This document shows positions 42,403 through 53,266 of a DNA stretch of 64,000 nucleotides, in pieces (position 1 is the stretch's first letter; each line of letters begins with the position of its first letter). Origin of the DNA: Gammaproteobacteria bacterium (GTDB lineage: Bacteria; Pseudomonadota; Gammaproteobacteria; SZUA-152). The DNA lies in contig JAKISS010000004.1 in assembly GCA_021648485.1 (NCBI GenBank), positions 5,487-69,486 on the forward strand, written 5' to 3'. The notes under the pieces are model-generated. The model searched no databases. It had not been told where the DNA came from and was given only the letters and a program-made list of their open reading frames with translations. Both the position numbers and the translations under genes were made by a program.

Positions 42403-43080
42403 TCAGATCAACCCCCGCTCAGCAAACGATACTGTTGTTCCATCCCCCACTACCACATGATCCAACACCCGCACATCCACCAATGCCAGCGCATCGGTTA
42501 ATTGTCGGGTCACTTGTTTGTCTGCCATACTGGGTTCCGCCACACCAGATGGGTGATTGTGCGCAAAAATCACCGCTGCTGCATTATGCCCCAGCGCCTT
42601 TTTTACCACCTCCCGCGGATGCACACTCGCACCATTGATGGTGCCCTGAAACAGTTCTTCAAACTGAATCACCCGATGACGATTATCGAGATATAAACAG
42701 GAAAAAACTTCAAACGAATAATCCCGCAAACGTGCGGTCAGAAAATTTTGTGTCTGCTGCGGGTTCTCCAGCACACTGCCACGTTGCAAGGTTTCGGAAA
42801 AATGTCGGCGTGTCATTTCCACCGAAGCCTGTAAATGTGCAAACTTTGCCTTGCCCAAGCCTGGAGCCTCACAAAACTGCTGCTGATTTGCATTTAACAA
42901 CGCACGTAAACTGCCAAAACGATTCAACAAATCACGCGCCAGATCCACTGCCGTTTTACCGGGAATACCCGTACGCAAAAATATTGCCAGTAATTCTGCA
43001 TCTGACAAAGCTGCGGCACCATGTTCCAATAATCTTTCTCGTGGACGCTCTTCCTCAGGCCAGTCCATAATTTTCATCAT
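42403..43080 (-). CDS. radC: RadC family JAB-domain protein
   Basis: RPRERL...[21 protein letters not shown] and LDHVVV; divergent from coaBC. Confidence 0.95.
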   Translation of the reverse strand: MMKIMDWPEEERPRERLLEHGAAALSDAELLAIFLRTGIPGKTAVDLARDLLNRFGSLRALLNANQQQFCEAPGLGKAKFAHLQASVEMTRRHFSETLQRGSVLENPQQTQNFLTARLRDYSFEVFSCLYLDNRHRVIQFEELFQGTINGASVHPREVVKKALGHNAAAVIFAHNHPSGVAEPSMADKQVTRQLTDALALVDVRVLDHVVVGDGTTVSFAERGLI

Positions 43081-43216
43081 CAAACTCCCTTTATTCCCAC
43101 ACTCTTGCCCAGTGTTTTTATCCAAAACACCTTAATTCAGTTAAACTGCTGACTTATAACCGCTCGCCTAAAGTGACAGCTTCACTCCCGTATAACCAAA
43201 TGCACACAGACAAACC

Positions 43217-44410
43217 ATGATCAGCCTTAACAATAAACATATTCTGCTCGGTGTCAGCGGTTCTATTGCCGCCTACAAATCCGCCGAACTGGTGCGACGC
43301 CTCAAAGACGCCGGGGCTGATGTGCGCGTGGCACTCACCAAAGGCGGAGCCGAATTCATCACTCCACTGACCTTTCAGGCTTTGTCGGGAAACCCCGTAC
43401 ATACAAATCTGCTGGATACAGAAGCCGAAGCCGCCATGGGCCACATCGCACTGGCGCGCTGGGCCGATGCTATTCTTGTTGCACCTGCCAGCGCTAATTT
43501 TATCGCCCGACTCGCGCAAGGTCGTGCAGACGACCTGCTGGGAGCCATTTGTCTGGCCACAGATTCCACCATTGCCATCGCCCCGGCTATGAATCAGCAA
43601 ATGTGGGCCAATACAGCCACCCAGGAAAACCTGCAACAACTCCGGCAGCGCGGCATATTGCAATTCGGCCCCGGCGAAGGCGACCAGGCCTGTGGCGAAA
43701 CCGGCCCTGGGCGTATGCTGGAAGCAAACCAGCTTGCGGCACACACCGCCAACATTTTTGAAACCGGATTGCTGTCTGGAAGAACAGTACTACTTATTGC
43801 CGGTCCCACGCAAGAGGCTATCGACCCCGTGCGCTACCTCAGCAACCACAGCTCCGGAAAAATGGGCTACGCCATCGCCCAGGCCGCCGCCGAAGCTGGC
43901 GCAAAAGTCATTTTGATCAGCGGCCCCACCGCACTTGCCACACCACCGCGCGTTGAACGTATCAACGTGCGCAGCGCACAACAAATGTTTGATACTGTTA
44001 TGCAGCACGTCGCCAACAGTGATATTTTTATCAGCACCGCTGCTGTCGCCGATTATCGCCCGATAAACATCGCTCAACAAAAAATCAAAAAAACCAAAGA
44101 CACCCTCACTCTGGAACTACAGCGCAACCCTGATATCCTGGCCGCTGTCGCCGCATTAAAAAACGCTCCTTTTACTGTTGGCTTCGCCGCCGAAACGGAA
44201 AGCCTCGAACAACACGCACAGGAAAAACTGGAACGAAAAGGGGTTGATATGATTGCCGCAAATCTAGTGGGAGAAGGTATTGCCTTTGAGGCAGACGAGA
44301 ATGCGTTATTGGTTCTTACTGCGGAAAACAAACAGCAATTAGCGACGGCATCAAAATTTATGCTTGGACGACAATTGATCAATATTATCGCCAAACAACA
44401 TCACATTTAA
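43217..44410 (+). CDS. coaBC: Bifunctional phosphopantothenoylcysteine decarboxylase / synthetase
   Basis: GSIAAYK, PAMN..MW, ACGETGPGRM, DPVRYLSNHSSGKMG, AAVADY and GFAAET. Confidence 0.97.
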   Translation: MISLNNKHILLGVSGSIAAYKSAELVRRLKDAGADVRVALTKGGAEFITPLTFQALSGNPVHTNLLDTEAEAAMGHIALARWADAILVAPASANFIARLAQGRADDLLGAICLATDSTIAIAPAMNQQMWANTATQENLQQLRQRGILQFGPGEGDQACGETGPGRMLEANQLAAHTANIFETGLLSGRTVLLIAGPTQEAIDPVRYLSNHSSGKMGYAIAQAAAEAGAKVILISGPTALATPPRVERINVRSAQQMFDTVMQHVANSDIFISTAAVADYRPINIAQQKIKKTKDTLTLELQRNPDILAAVAALKNAPFTVGFAAETESLEQHAQEKLERKGVDMIAANLVGEGIAFEADENALLVLTAENKQQLATASKFMLGRQLINIIAKQHHI

Positions 44411-44542
44411 GATTATTCAGATCACATAGGTCAGTAGTGGTTGATTAGAGATTAATGCGGTTTTGTTTTTTTTATCCGCCGGGTGCGATTTGGTAACCAG
44501 AACTTTTTGTCCAAACCCTATAAAATGCCCCCATCCTGCCTG

Positions 44543-45268
44543 TCAATAACATCCGGCTGATGCACCAACTTCAATTTGCAACAATATTTTACCCTGCTGG
44601 CGCTCAACAATAACTGAGCCTGATGTAATGCGGTAGGTTAAAAAACACATTTGCCGAGGGTTTGATAACACTTGTGAATTGAAAATTGCGTAAACATCAC
44701 CGTCGCAACGAGCAGAACGACTCACCAAGCCGGGATGGCCATCATGATGAATACGCGCACCAACCTGATGGGTGAAATCATATTTCATTGGATCGATAAG
44801 CGCGGGAAAAACGCCAAGCTTGGGCAGAAAATTGAACAACGCGGCATCACAACGGACGCTATACACCTTGCGTTCGATACTCACACCTTCCAGGTTTTGC
44901 CAACCTGCATCATGCAACAAACCGTAACGCCAATGATGCACCGTTTCATGAATACTGGTTTCCAGTGAATCTGTACCGTACCAGACACCAAATAACCCAT
45001 CGGAATAGCGTGTGTTTAACCAGTTTTCAAAGGGATAGTCGATGGCTTCGTTATAGACAGTCTCTTCGAAAGGCCGATCAATAACAGGCTGCTGCGACAC
45101 ATGAGTATGTGGCTTTGTTTTCATTTCAAGCTCAATAGCCGATTGCCAACCTTCCGGCGAATCGGTCAAATCATCAAACAGGTTTTCGGATTCCCGCAAG
45201 GACACGATATTGCGGTGAAGGTCATCATGAAAATCCGTGATCGTAATGCCGTCAAACAATGCCTCCAT
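44543..45268 (-). CDS. RES-domain toxin (NAD+ phosphorylase/ART-like)
   Basis: TRYSDG..GVWYG, ETSIHET and GLVSRSAR; the start at 45268 overlaps the antitoxin stop (TAATG). Confidence 0.82.
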   Translation of the reverse strand: MEALFDGITITDFHDDLHRNIVSLRESENLFDDLTDSPEGWQSAIELEMKTKPHTHVSQQPVIDRPFEETVYNEAIDYPFENWLNTRYSDGLFGVWYGTDSLETSIHETVHHWRYGLLHDAGWQNLEGVSIERKVYSVRCDAALFNFLPKLGVFPALIDPMKYDFTHQVGARIHHDGHPGLVSRSARCDGDVYAIFNSQVLSNPRQMCFLTYRITSGSVIVERQQGKILLQIEVGASAGCY

Positions 45269-45660
45269 TATTGACCTCGCGCCCTGTCCAGATATGCGCG
45301 CACCATAAACAGGCCATTGAATCCCCATTGTTTAATCGTTTCAGCAGGTGTCATTCCCTCAAAGGCTTTGTTGTGCTGCGTCATCCAGGCATAGGCAAGC
45401 TCCCGGTTGTGTGGAAACAGCAGGCGCAGTGACTTATGGATGCCCAGCAGAATGCCCACCCGATCCAGCAAATCACGGCTCTGAGCAAGCGGCTGCCCTT
45501 TGCGGTATCGGGCCAAGGCAGCACGATTAGCGATAGAAAGCCCTAACAAGGCCAGCTGCTCTTCAGTCGAAAGTTGCCAGTGAGCAAATAAAGTTGTGAC
45601 CATTTTTGCCAGTTCTGCCCGGTCTATTGTGTGTGTTTCAGAGGGTTGAGCGGCTGACAT
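45268..45660 (-). CDS. Xre/MbcA/ParS-type antitoxin
   Basis: [18 protein letters not shown]-like N-terminus, [17 protein letters not shown] and [14 protein letters not shown]...VRAYLD C-terminus. Confidence 0.85.
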   Translation of the reverse strand: MSAAQPSETHTIDRAELAKMVTTLFAHWQLSTEEQLALLGLSIANRAALARYRKGQPLAQSRDLLDRVGILLGIHKSLRLLFPHNRELAYAWMTQHNKAFEGMTPAETIKQWGFNGLFMVRAYLDRARGQ

Positions 45661-45833
45661 ACTGCACCTCAAACGTAATGATTATCATGAAGCATGTTTC
45701 AATAGTAGCAATTTTTGTTACATTTACAACATTCAAGCGTATTTTCACCGGCAACGAAGCGTACATTCTTTACATCAACAGCATATAATCCCCTCCGAAT
45801 GGATTTTGGACAAAACAACAGGCAAGGAGCACC

Positions 45834-47348
45834 ATGTCACTCGCAACGGCTTACAGCCGAGCCCAGTCGGGCATTGAATCCCCTCTGGTCACCGTCGAAG
45901 TCCATCTTTCCAATGGCTTACCCAGCCTGTCTATCGTTGGCTTACCAGAAACAGCGGTAAAAGAGAGCAAAGACCGGGTGCGGGGTGCTGTACTGAATTC
46001 TCAGTTCACGTTTCCGAGACGACGCATTACTATCAATCTCGCACCTGCCGATCTACCCAAAGAAGGCGGGCGTTTTGATCTGCCCATTGCGCTGGGCATT
46101 CTTGCAGCGAGCCGTCAACTGTCTGCCGACACCCTGTCACGTTACGAATTTGTGGGCGAACTGGCGCTGAGTGGTGCATTGCGCCCCTTACGCGGTGTAT
46201 TGCCTGCCGCCATTGCCGCCCGCGATGCCGGTCGCGTTTTAATTGTGCCGCTGGAAAATGCTGCCGAAGCCAGTCTGGTAGATGGGGTAAAAGTATTGGC
46301 AGCAGCGCATTTACTGGAAGTATGTGCTCACATCAATGACATTAAGCAGCTGAATCCGGTGCCACGACAGGTGCAGATAAACAGTGATTCTTCATTAGAC
46401 GACCTCGACGAGGTGCGCGGTCAACACCACGCCAAACGCGCCTTGGAAGTGGCTGCCGCCGGAGGACACAGTTTGCTGATGATAGGCCCGCCGGGTACCG
46501 GCAAAACCATGCTCGCCAGTCGTTTGCCCGGTATCCTCCCTACTATGAATGAAGACGAAGCACTGGAAGCAGCAGCGGTGGCATCCATTAGTGAGCGGGG
46601 GTTTAGCGTGGAGCAGTGGCGGCAGCGACCGTTTCGCACACCGCATCACACGGCTTCTGGCGTGGCTTTGGTGGGAGGTGGCAGCAATCCACGGCCTGGA
46701 GAAATTTCTCTGGCGGATCACGGCATTTTATTTTTGGATGAGCTGCCTGAGTTTGACCGCAAAGTGCTGGAAGTGCTGCGTGAACCATTGGAATCAGGCC
46801 GTATCACCATTTCCCGTGCAGCACGACAGGCGGAATTCCCTGCACGTTTTCAACTGGTGGCAGCGATGAATCCTTGCCCCTGTGGTTACCTTGGCCACAG
46901 TAATGGTCGCTGCCATTGCACCGCCGAACAGGTGCAGCGTTACCGTGCCAAAATCTCCGGCCCCTTGCTGGACCGCATTGATATGCATGTGGAAGTACCC
47001 AATGTACCGCAAGCCATATTGCGCGCACCCTCAGAGGAAACCGGTGAAAACTCTGCAACCGTACGCCAGCGTGTCGAAGCGGCACGAGACCGACAAACCG
47101 CGCGTAGCGGCAAGGCCAATGCCCTGTTAAAAAATCGCGATGTACAACAACATTGCCGCATTAACGATGCAGACAGCCATTTGCTGGAACAAGCCATCGA
47201 CCGATTGGGGCTGTCTGCGCGTGCCTATCATCGCATTCTCAAAGTGGCTCGCACAGTGGCTGACCTTGCGGGTGAAAAAGATATCACTACACCCCATCTC
47301 ACCGAAGCCATCGCCTATCGACGACTGGACCGCACATCGTTAAATTGA
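45834..47348 (+). CDS. comM: YifB/ComM family Mg-chelatase-like AAA+ ATPase
   Basis: IVGLPE..VKES, NLAPADLPKEG, GPPGTGKTM, PHHT, LFLDELPEF, MNPCPCG and SARAYHRILKVART. Confidence 0.94.
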   Translation: MSLATAYSRAQSGIESPLVTVEVHLSNGLPSLSIVGLPETAVKESKDRVRGAVLNSQFTFPRRRITINLAPADLPKEGGRFDLPIALGILAASRQLSADTLSRYEFVGELALSGALRPLRGVLPAAIAARDAGRVLIVPLENAAEASLVDGVKVLAAAHLLEVCAHINDIKQLNPVPRQVQINSDSSLDDLDEVRGQHHAKRALEVAAAGGHSLLMIGPPGTGKTMLASRLPGILPTMNEDEALEAAAVASISERGFSVEQWRQRPFRTPHHTASGVALVGGGSNPRPGEISLADHGILFLDELPEFDRKVLEVLREPLESGRITISRAARQAEFPARFQLVAAMNPCPCGYLGHSNGRCHCTAEQVQRYRAKISGPLLDRIDMHVEVPNVPQAILRAPSEETGENSATVRQRVEAARDRQTARSGKANALLKNRDVQQHCRINDADSHLLEQAIDRLGLSARAYHRILKVARTVADLAGEKDITTPHLTEAIAYRRLDRTSLN

Positions 47349-47430
47349 CAATCAATACCGTCGTTGTTGCACAGGTTCATGTGTTAATCTTGACCTCGTT
47401 TTTTTAATCGCGATGGGCACAGTAAATATC

Positions 47431-47901
47431 ATGTTTTTATTACATAAAAATGAAGGGTACCGGTGGAGCCTGGCTTTGGTTCTACTGCTGTTATTAACGT
47501 TGACGGCCTGCGGCGAAGGTGGGGAGCGCGCCCTCAATGTTTCTACCAATCCCGCTATAGAAGCCTTGGCCGGTACGTTATTTGATGCCATACAAAACGG
47601 TGACGATGAACTTGTCATCAAACAATACAACAGTGCTTTTTTTGCCAAGCGCCTCCCGGAGCAATGGTTGGAAAACCTGAAGACACTGATGGCCGAACGC
47701 GGCCCCATGCGAGCGTACCATCTACGGCGCAGTCAGGCCGACACACGTTTTTCCGGCAAGTTTTACATGCTCGAATACGAGACCGTGCATACCGGTAATA
47801 AACGCCTGCATCATGTGCTGACTTTTTTACTGCCGGTAACAGGTGGAGACATTCAGCTCAATGGCCATAAAATTACGCCGTGGGAAACGGATAAGGAATG
47901 A
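47431..47901 (+). CDS. Hypothetical lipoprotein, first gene of the RND operon
   Basis: Hydrophobic stretch with lipobox LTAC; its stop overlaps the MFP start (ATGA). Confidence 0.65.
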   Translation: MFLLHKNEGYRWSLALVLLLLLTLTACGEGGERALNVSTNPAIEALAGTLFDAIQNGDDELVIKQYNSAFFAKRLPEQWLENLKTLMAERGPMRAYHLRRSQADTRFSGKFYMLEYETVHTGNKRLHHVLTFLLPVTGGDIQLNGHKITPWETDKE

Positions 47902-49085
47902 GGGATAAGCCAGTGTGCGTAACAAACATCGAGGTCACAAAAGTGCAAAGGTCACAGAGAGAAAAAAATGCTTTTAATGCCATTACTTCTCGGCATTCCT
48001 GTCCTTCTGTGACAACAACACGGTGCCCGACATGCCTGATACGCGCAGGATGGACATTGCTCACCATTTTACTGACCGTGTCCACCGCCCAGGCTGCACC
48101 GGGAGGTGGTCGCAGCTCACCCGTTACCGTTGCCGAAGCAAAACAACTGTTAATGGCACCGCAAACCTGGGTGGCCGGTACGGTCATCAGTCGCCATGAG
48201 GCACGACTGGCGGCAGAAGTGGCTGGCAGACTGGTGCTGGTAAAAGAAGTGGGCACCCGGGTAAAAGAAGATGATGTAGTGGCGCGGATCGACCCAACCT
48301 TTGTCAAATTGAAAATAGAAGAGTTTCAGGCACAGATTGAGGCCGATCGGGCGCGCCTGGAATTTCTCAAAAGTGAAGTGCGTCGCAATGAGCGTCTGGC
48401 GACACAAAATAATGCTGCTCAAACTCGTCTGGACGAGTTGCGTGCTGACAGGGAAGTCGCCCGTAGCAAATTGCAGATATCACAGGTACGACGTAAACAG
48501 GCACAGGAAGAATTGTATCGGCATGTGATTCGCTCACCATTTGCAGGTGTCGTAGTGGAACGTTTGATGCGCCGTGGCGAACGTGTGGCAGTGGGTGACA
48601 ATGTGGCAAGAGTCATCGACAGCCGGGCACTGGAAGTGCAAGCGTGGGTACCGCTGGAAACACTGGATTTTGTGCGTGAAGGTGATTTTCTCACACTTAC
48701 CATTAATGGCCGGGAAATCAATGCACCGGTACGTGCCCTGGTCGCCGCCGGTAATGCACGTTCACGATTGCTGGATCTGCGCATCAGCCTGGATGAAGGT
48801 GCCTGGACAGCCGGACAAACCGTACGGGTCGCCTTGCCCGTGGCAACGGCAAAAACCGTGTTGGCCGTGCCGCGCGATGCGCTGGTATTGCGTCGTGACG
48901 GTGCCTTTGTGTTTCGTATTAGCGCAGAAAACAAGGCACAACGTATCGCGGTAAAGCCGGGGGTTGCCAGCGGTCCGCTGGTGGCCGTATCCGGCAAACT
49001 GAACGTCGGAGACAAGGTAGTGGTACGCGGCGGTGAACGGTTACGCCCCGGCAGCACAGTAAAAATTCTGGATGAAGCTCCGTAG
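47898..49085 (+). CDS. RND efflux periplasmic adaptor (membrane fusion protein)
   Basis: Lipoyl-like halves (AAEVAGRL...VG.RV; IRSPFAGVV), a coiled-coil hairpin and VPRDAL. Confidence 0.92.
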   Translation: MRDKPVCVTNIEVTKVQRSQREKNAFNAITSRHSCPSVTTTRCPTCLIRAGWTLLTILLTVSTAQAAPGGGRSSPVTVAEAKQLLMAPQTWVAGTVISRHEARLAAEVAGRLVLVKEVGTRVKEDDVVARIDPTFVKLKIEEFQAQIEADRARLEFLKSEVRRNERLATQNNAAQTRLDELRADREVARSKLQISQVRRKQAQEELYRHVIRSPFAGVVVERLMRRGERVAVGDNVARVIDSRALEVQAWVPLETLDFVREGDFLTLTINGREINAPVRALVAAGNARSRLLDLRISLDEGAWTAGQTVRVALPVATAKTVLAVPRDALVLRRDGAFVFRISAENKAQRIAVKPGVASGPLVAVSGKLNVGDKVVVRGGERLRPGSTVKILDEAP

Positions 49086-49091
49086 ACAGCC

Positions 49092-52000
49092 ATGAAACTC
49101 ACCCGTCTTGGACTTGGCAATCCCGTCGCAGTCGTGGTGGGCGTATTGCTGGCCGTCATGTTCGGCTTGATCAGCCTGGAGCGCCTGCCGGTTCAACTGA
49201 CTCCCGAAGTCGAACTCCCGGAGATCACCATCACCACTGTCTGGCGTGCCGCTGCACCGGAAGAGATAGAATCGGAAATTATTGAACCGCAAGAAGACGT
49301 ATTACGCGGCCTGCCGGGCATGACCAAAATTCTCGCCCGTGCGCAACGCGGGCGTGGCAGCATTACCCTCACCTTTCAGGTTGGTACAGATCTGCGTCGT
49401 GCGCTATTGGAAGTGATGTCGCGCCTCAATCGTGTGCAACGTTATCCCGCTGATGCCAACGAGCCTGTCATCAATTCCATCGGTGGCCGCTCGCGTGCCA
49501 TAGCCTGGTTTATTCTCAAACCGGTGGCAGGCAATGACCGCGATGTCGCCAGCTATCAGAATTTTGTGGAAGAAATCGTACAAACACGCTTCGAACGAAT
49601 ACCGGGTGTCGCCATGTCAGAAGTACGTGGCGGTCGCGAGAGTGAACTGCGCATCACGTTTGATCCGTACAAGGCAGCAAGCCTGGGTATCGAACTGCCC
49701 AAAGTCGCACAACTGGCCGGTGGTGCGAAAGATACCTCAGGCGGTTTTGCCGACGTGGGCAAACGTCGTTACACCCTGCGCTTTGCCGGTCAGTACAACG
49801 TGGACGACCTGGGTGAAATGGTACTGGACTGGCGTGAAGGCCAACCTGTGTATTTACGTGATGTGGCTGACATTGAAGTACGTATGGTGGACCGTACCGG
49901 TTTTGTGATTCAAAACGGCCAGGCAGCAATGGCCGTTAACGCACACCGCGAAACCGGCGTCAACGTACTGGAAGTGATGGCAGGTCTGCGTCAAGCCGCC
50001 GAAGAACTGCGCGAAGGCCCGCTGAAGCGTGCTGGTTTGAGCTTTGAACAGGTTTACGACGAAACCCGTTATATCGACCGTTCCATCAGCATGGTATCCA
50101 ACAACCTGTTGTTAGGCATATTGCTTGCCGTGGGTGTCCTGTGGTGGTTCTTCCGTAAATTCCGCGCCACATTGATGGTGGCCGTCGCCATTCCTATCTG
50201 TGTGGTGTCCACCTTCATGTTACTGGATGCGACAGGCCGCACCCTCAACGTTATTTCGCTGGCGGGCCTCGCTTTTGCCGTGGGCATGGTGCTGGATGCT
50301 GCCATCGTTGTACTGGAAAGCATCGTGCGCCTGCGTGAACGCGGCATGTCCAGCGCAGAAGCCGCCGACGAAGGTACCCGCAAAGTGTGGGGCGCGTTAC
50401 TGGCCTCCACCGCCACCACCGTTGCCATCTTTTTGCCCATCGTCTTTTTAAAAGACGAAGCAGGACAACTGTTCGCTGATTTGGCGTTAACCATTGCTGC
50501 CACCGTGACTATATCGCTGCTGGTGGCCATTACTGTATTACCCGCAGCAGCGTCCACCTGGTTGCGTAACGTCAACATGCACGACCCGCATGCCCATTGG
50601 TGGGATGCGGGCAGTAATTTTGTCATGCGCCTCACCGACACCCCCCGGCGGCGTGCATTATGGATTCTCGGTCTGATCACCCTCCCGCTAATGCTCGCGG
50701 TATGGCTCAAACCCGAAGCGGACTTCCTGCCCAACGGCAATCGCAATCTGGTATTCGCATTTATCCTGCCGCCACCTGGCAGCAGCGTAGATACGCTGGA
50801 AAAAGAACTGGGCCAGGTCGTCGCGCAACGTATGCAACCCTACGTTGACGGCATAGCCGAACCCGCCGTAGACAACTACTTCTTCGTCGCCTTCGGTTCT
50901 GGCGTCTTCATGGGCGCACGCACCGTAGACCCGGACAAATCCGACGAACTGGTGCCATTGATCAACCGGCTCATCGGCAGTTTCCCGGATACTATCGCCT
51001 TTGCCCAGCGTTCTTCGTTGTTTGGTGGTTTTGGTGGTGGTCGTACCGTAGACATCGACATCCAGGGTTCAAACATCGACGCATTGCTCGACTCGGCACA
51101 GGCCGGTTTTGCTGCCGTGATGCAAACCATTCCCGGACGCCCACCCCGCCCGCGCCCCGGGCTAAGTCTTGCTGAACCGGAATTACGACTACTGCCGGAC
51201 GAACGCCGTATTAGCGAAGCGGGCTGGGCACGCAGTGACGTGTCACAAATTATTCGCGCATTGGGAGACGGTCTGTTTGTAGGTGATTATTTTGACGGAC
51301 AGCAACGATTAGACATTATCCTTCGCGGACAAGACTGGCAGACTCCCGAAGAACTGGCTGCCATACCCTTGGCAACCCCCAACAGCGGCGTACTCCCGTT
51401 AAGTGAACTGGCAGAAGTCGTGCGCACCGCCGGGCCTGACGAAATTCGCCGCCTCAATCGTCGGCGCACGATTACCCTGGAAGTCAAAGCCCCGGAAGGC
51501 ATGTCGCTGGAACAAACCATGCTGGTGCTCAAAGAAGAGGTGAATCCAAAAATTGAACCACTGTTACCGGAAGATGGCGAAATTCACTACAGCGGCACCG
51601 CAGAAAAACTGGACCTCGCCCTGAAAAGTATGAGCGCAAGCTTCCTGCTAGCCATCGCCATTTTATATTTATTAATGAGCGCATTATTCCGCTCCTTCCG
51701 CGACAGCCTGCTGGTGATTCTGGCCATACCGCTGGCCACCGTCGGCGGCGTACTGGCTTTGCACATTGTCAACCTGTTCACCACCCAGCACATGGACCTG
51801 CTCACCATGATTGGCTTTATTATTTTGCTAGGGCTGGTGGTCAACAACGCCATTTTGCTGGTGTACCAAACACGCGCCGCTGAACGTGAAGGTTTAAAAC
51901 GTCGTGACGCAGTGAACCAGGCTGTACACTTACGGTTACGCCCCATCCTCATGAGTACGCTAACCAGTATCTTTGGCATGCTGCCACTGCTGCTGATACC

Positions 52001-52151
52001 CGGTGCCGGCACAGAGCTTTATCGTGGGCTTGCTGCCGTCATCGTTGGTGGCATGAGTGTAAGCACTGTGTTTACACTCATATTATTGCCCAGCCTGTTA
52101 CGCATTGGTGAAGATAAAAAAACAGGGAACGGCTTGAGCCATAAAGCGTAA
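49092..52151 (+). CDS. RND efflux transporter permease (AcrB/HAE1-like)
   Basis: 1019 aa with a 12-TM layout, GMVLDAAIVVLE, GLVVNNAILL and RLRPILMS. Confidence 0.94.
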   Translation: MKLTRLGLGNPVAVVVGVLLAVMFGLISLERLPVQLTPEVELPEITITTVWRAAAPEEIESEIIEPQEDVLRGLPGMTKILARAQRGRGSITLTFQVGTDLRRALLEVMSRLNRVQRYPADANEPVINSIGGRSRAIAWFILKPVAGNDRDVASYQNFVEEIVQTRFERIPGVAMSEVRGGRESELRITFDPYKAASLGIELPKVAQLAGGAKDTSGGFADVGKRRYTLRFAGQYNVDDLGEMVLDWREGQPVYLRDVADIEVRMVDRTGFVIQNGQAAMAVNAHRETGVNVLEVMAGLRQAAEELREGPLKRAGLSFEQVYDETRYIDRSISMVSNNLLLGILLAVGVLWWFFRKFRATLMVAVAIPICVVSTFMLLDATGRTLNVISLAGLAFAVGMVLDAAIVVLESIVRLRERGMSSAEAADEGTRKVWGALLASTATTVAIFLPIVFLKDEAGQLFADLALTIAATVTISLLVAITVLPAAASTWLRNVNMHDPHAHWWDAGSNFVMRLTDTPRRRALWILGLITLPLMLAVWLKPEADFLPNGNRNLVFAFILPPPGSSVDTLEKELGQVVAQRMQPYVDGIAEPAVDNYFFVAFGSGVFMGARTVDPDKSDELVPLINRLIGSFPDTIAFAQRSSLFGGFGGGRTVDIDIQGSNIDALLDSAQAGFAAVMQTIPGRPPRPRPGLSLAEPELRLLPDERRISEAGWARSDVSQIIRALGDGLFVGDYFDGQQRLDIILRGQDWQTPEELAAIPLATPNSGVLPLSELAEVVRTAGPDEIRRLNRRRTITLEVKAPEGMSLEQTMLVLKEEVNPKIEPLLPEDGEIHYSGTAEKLDLALKSMSASFLLAIAILYLLMSALFRSFRDSLLVILAIPLATVGGVLALHIVNLFTTQHMDLLTMIGFIILLGLVVNNAILLVYQTRAAEREGLKRRDAVNQAVHLRLRPILMSTLTSIFGMLPLLLIPGAGTELYRGLAAVIVGGMSVSTVFTLILLPSLLRIGEDKKTGNGLSHKA

Positions 52152-52391
52152 AATGAGAAATTTGTGAAAAAAATCACGACATTTCTGACTTCATCGGCAG
52201 CATTTTCTGCTCAACTCGAAAGCTCAGAATACTGTAGATGGCGAAAATAATAACTCGGCAGTGATATTCGCGCATGGCAAGGGTAAGCACCCAACATGGC
52301 GGGCAGTTGACCCGCTTAGAAAAAATGCCATATCAAATGCTTAGGAATGGAAATTAAATAAAAACAAGCAACCATTAACAGGGATAAGGAA

Positions 52392-53000
52392 ATGACAAAA
52401 AACAAGGTATATCTATTTGCGCTACTCATAGTACTACTCACTGCATGCGCAACAATCCCTTCGGAGGCCGTCAAATTAAGCAGTGAAGTCGGCATTGGAT
52501 TACAAAAACAACACCAATCTCAGATTGATCTTATTAATCTCCATTTTTCCACTAAACGTAAACGCCTGGATGAAGCCATGGCACGGTCACTCAACAGTTA
52601 TTTTGAAGCACTTACGCCAAATGGTTCCATAACACTGGATGCAAATCGATTAGGTGATGTGGCTGATGATGTAATTTTGATAAACCATAAGAATAATGCA
52701 GCTAAGGAAGAACTGGAAAAAGCAAGGGTATATTTAATCGGGAAATTAAGTGAAAACTACTCGATTCTTAATCAGGCGAATGCCTCTGTTACCGGCCTGT
52801 TGCGATCTGCGGTAGTAAATAAAGAAGCAAGATCCGAAACATATGAAAAACTATCCAAAGCAACTGCTGGAGGTATAAACCTGAACAACGTTTTTGCTGA
52901 ACTGGATAACTTTGTCGAAAAAAACGGTGAACAATCAGGAAAAGCGATTAACCTCGTTGAAAAATTCGAATCAGCACTGAACAAGGAGACTGACAAATGA
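52392..53000 (+). CDS. Hypothetical alpha-helical lipoprotein
   Basis: AAGGA RBS, lipobox LLTAC, amphipathic helical sequence, AT-richer than its flanks. Confidence 0.75.
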   Translation: MTKNKVYLFALLIVLLTACATIPSEAVKLSSEVGIGLQKQHQSQIDLINLHFSTKRKRLDEAMARSLNSYFEALTPNGSITLDANRLGDVADDVILINHKNNAAKEELEKARVYLIGKLSENYSILNQANASVTGLLRSAVVNKEARSETYEKLSKATAGGINLNNVFAELDNFVEKNGEQSGKAINLVEKFESALNKETDK

Positions 53001-53266
53001 ACGATCAGGAGTGGCAGGCGCTCAGAAACAAAGCGCGCGAAATTGCGATTGAAGAATATTCCACAGAGGCATCCAGCATCGTCAAACTAACCAAAGCAGA
53101 AGTTACCTCAATCATCGAGACAGCGGAAGTTGATAAAGAAAAACTGTCCGAATTGCTCAGTGTGGTTAATGATGCCTCAAAATCAAATAGCGAAAAAGCG
53201 GATGCCATCAAAAATATTACGGGGCTTGCCGAAGTTGCAGTGTCATTAATTGGCAAGCTGATCTGA
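52997..53266 (+). CDS. Small hypothetical protein translationally coupled to the lipoprotein
   Basis: AAGGAG RBS inside the upstream gene, ATGA overlap and a hydrophobic C-terminus (GLAEVAVSLIGKLI). Confidence 0.7.
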   Translation: MNDQEWQALRNKAREIAIEEYSTEASSIVKLTKAEVTSIIETAEVDKEKLSELLSVVNDASKSNSEKADAIKNITGLAEVAVSLIGKLI

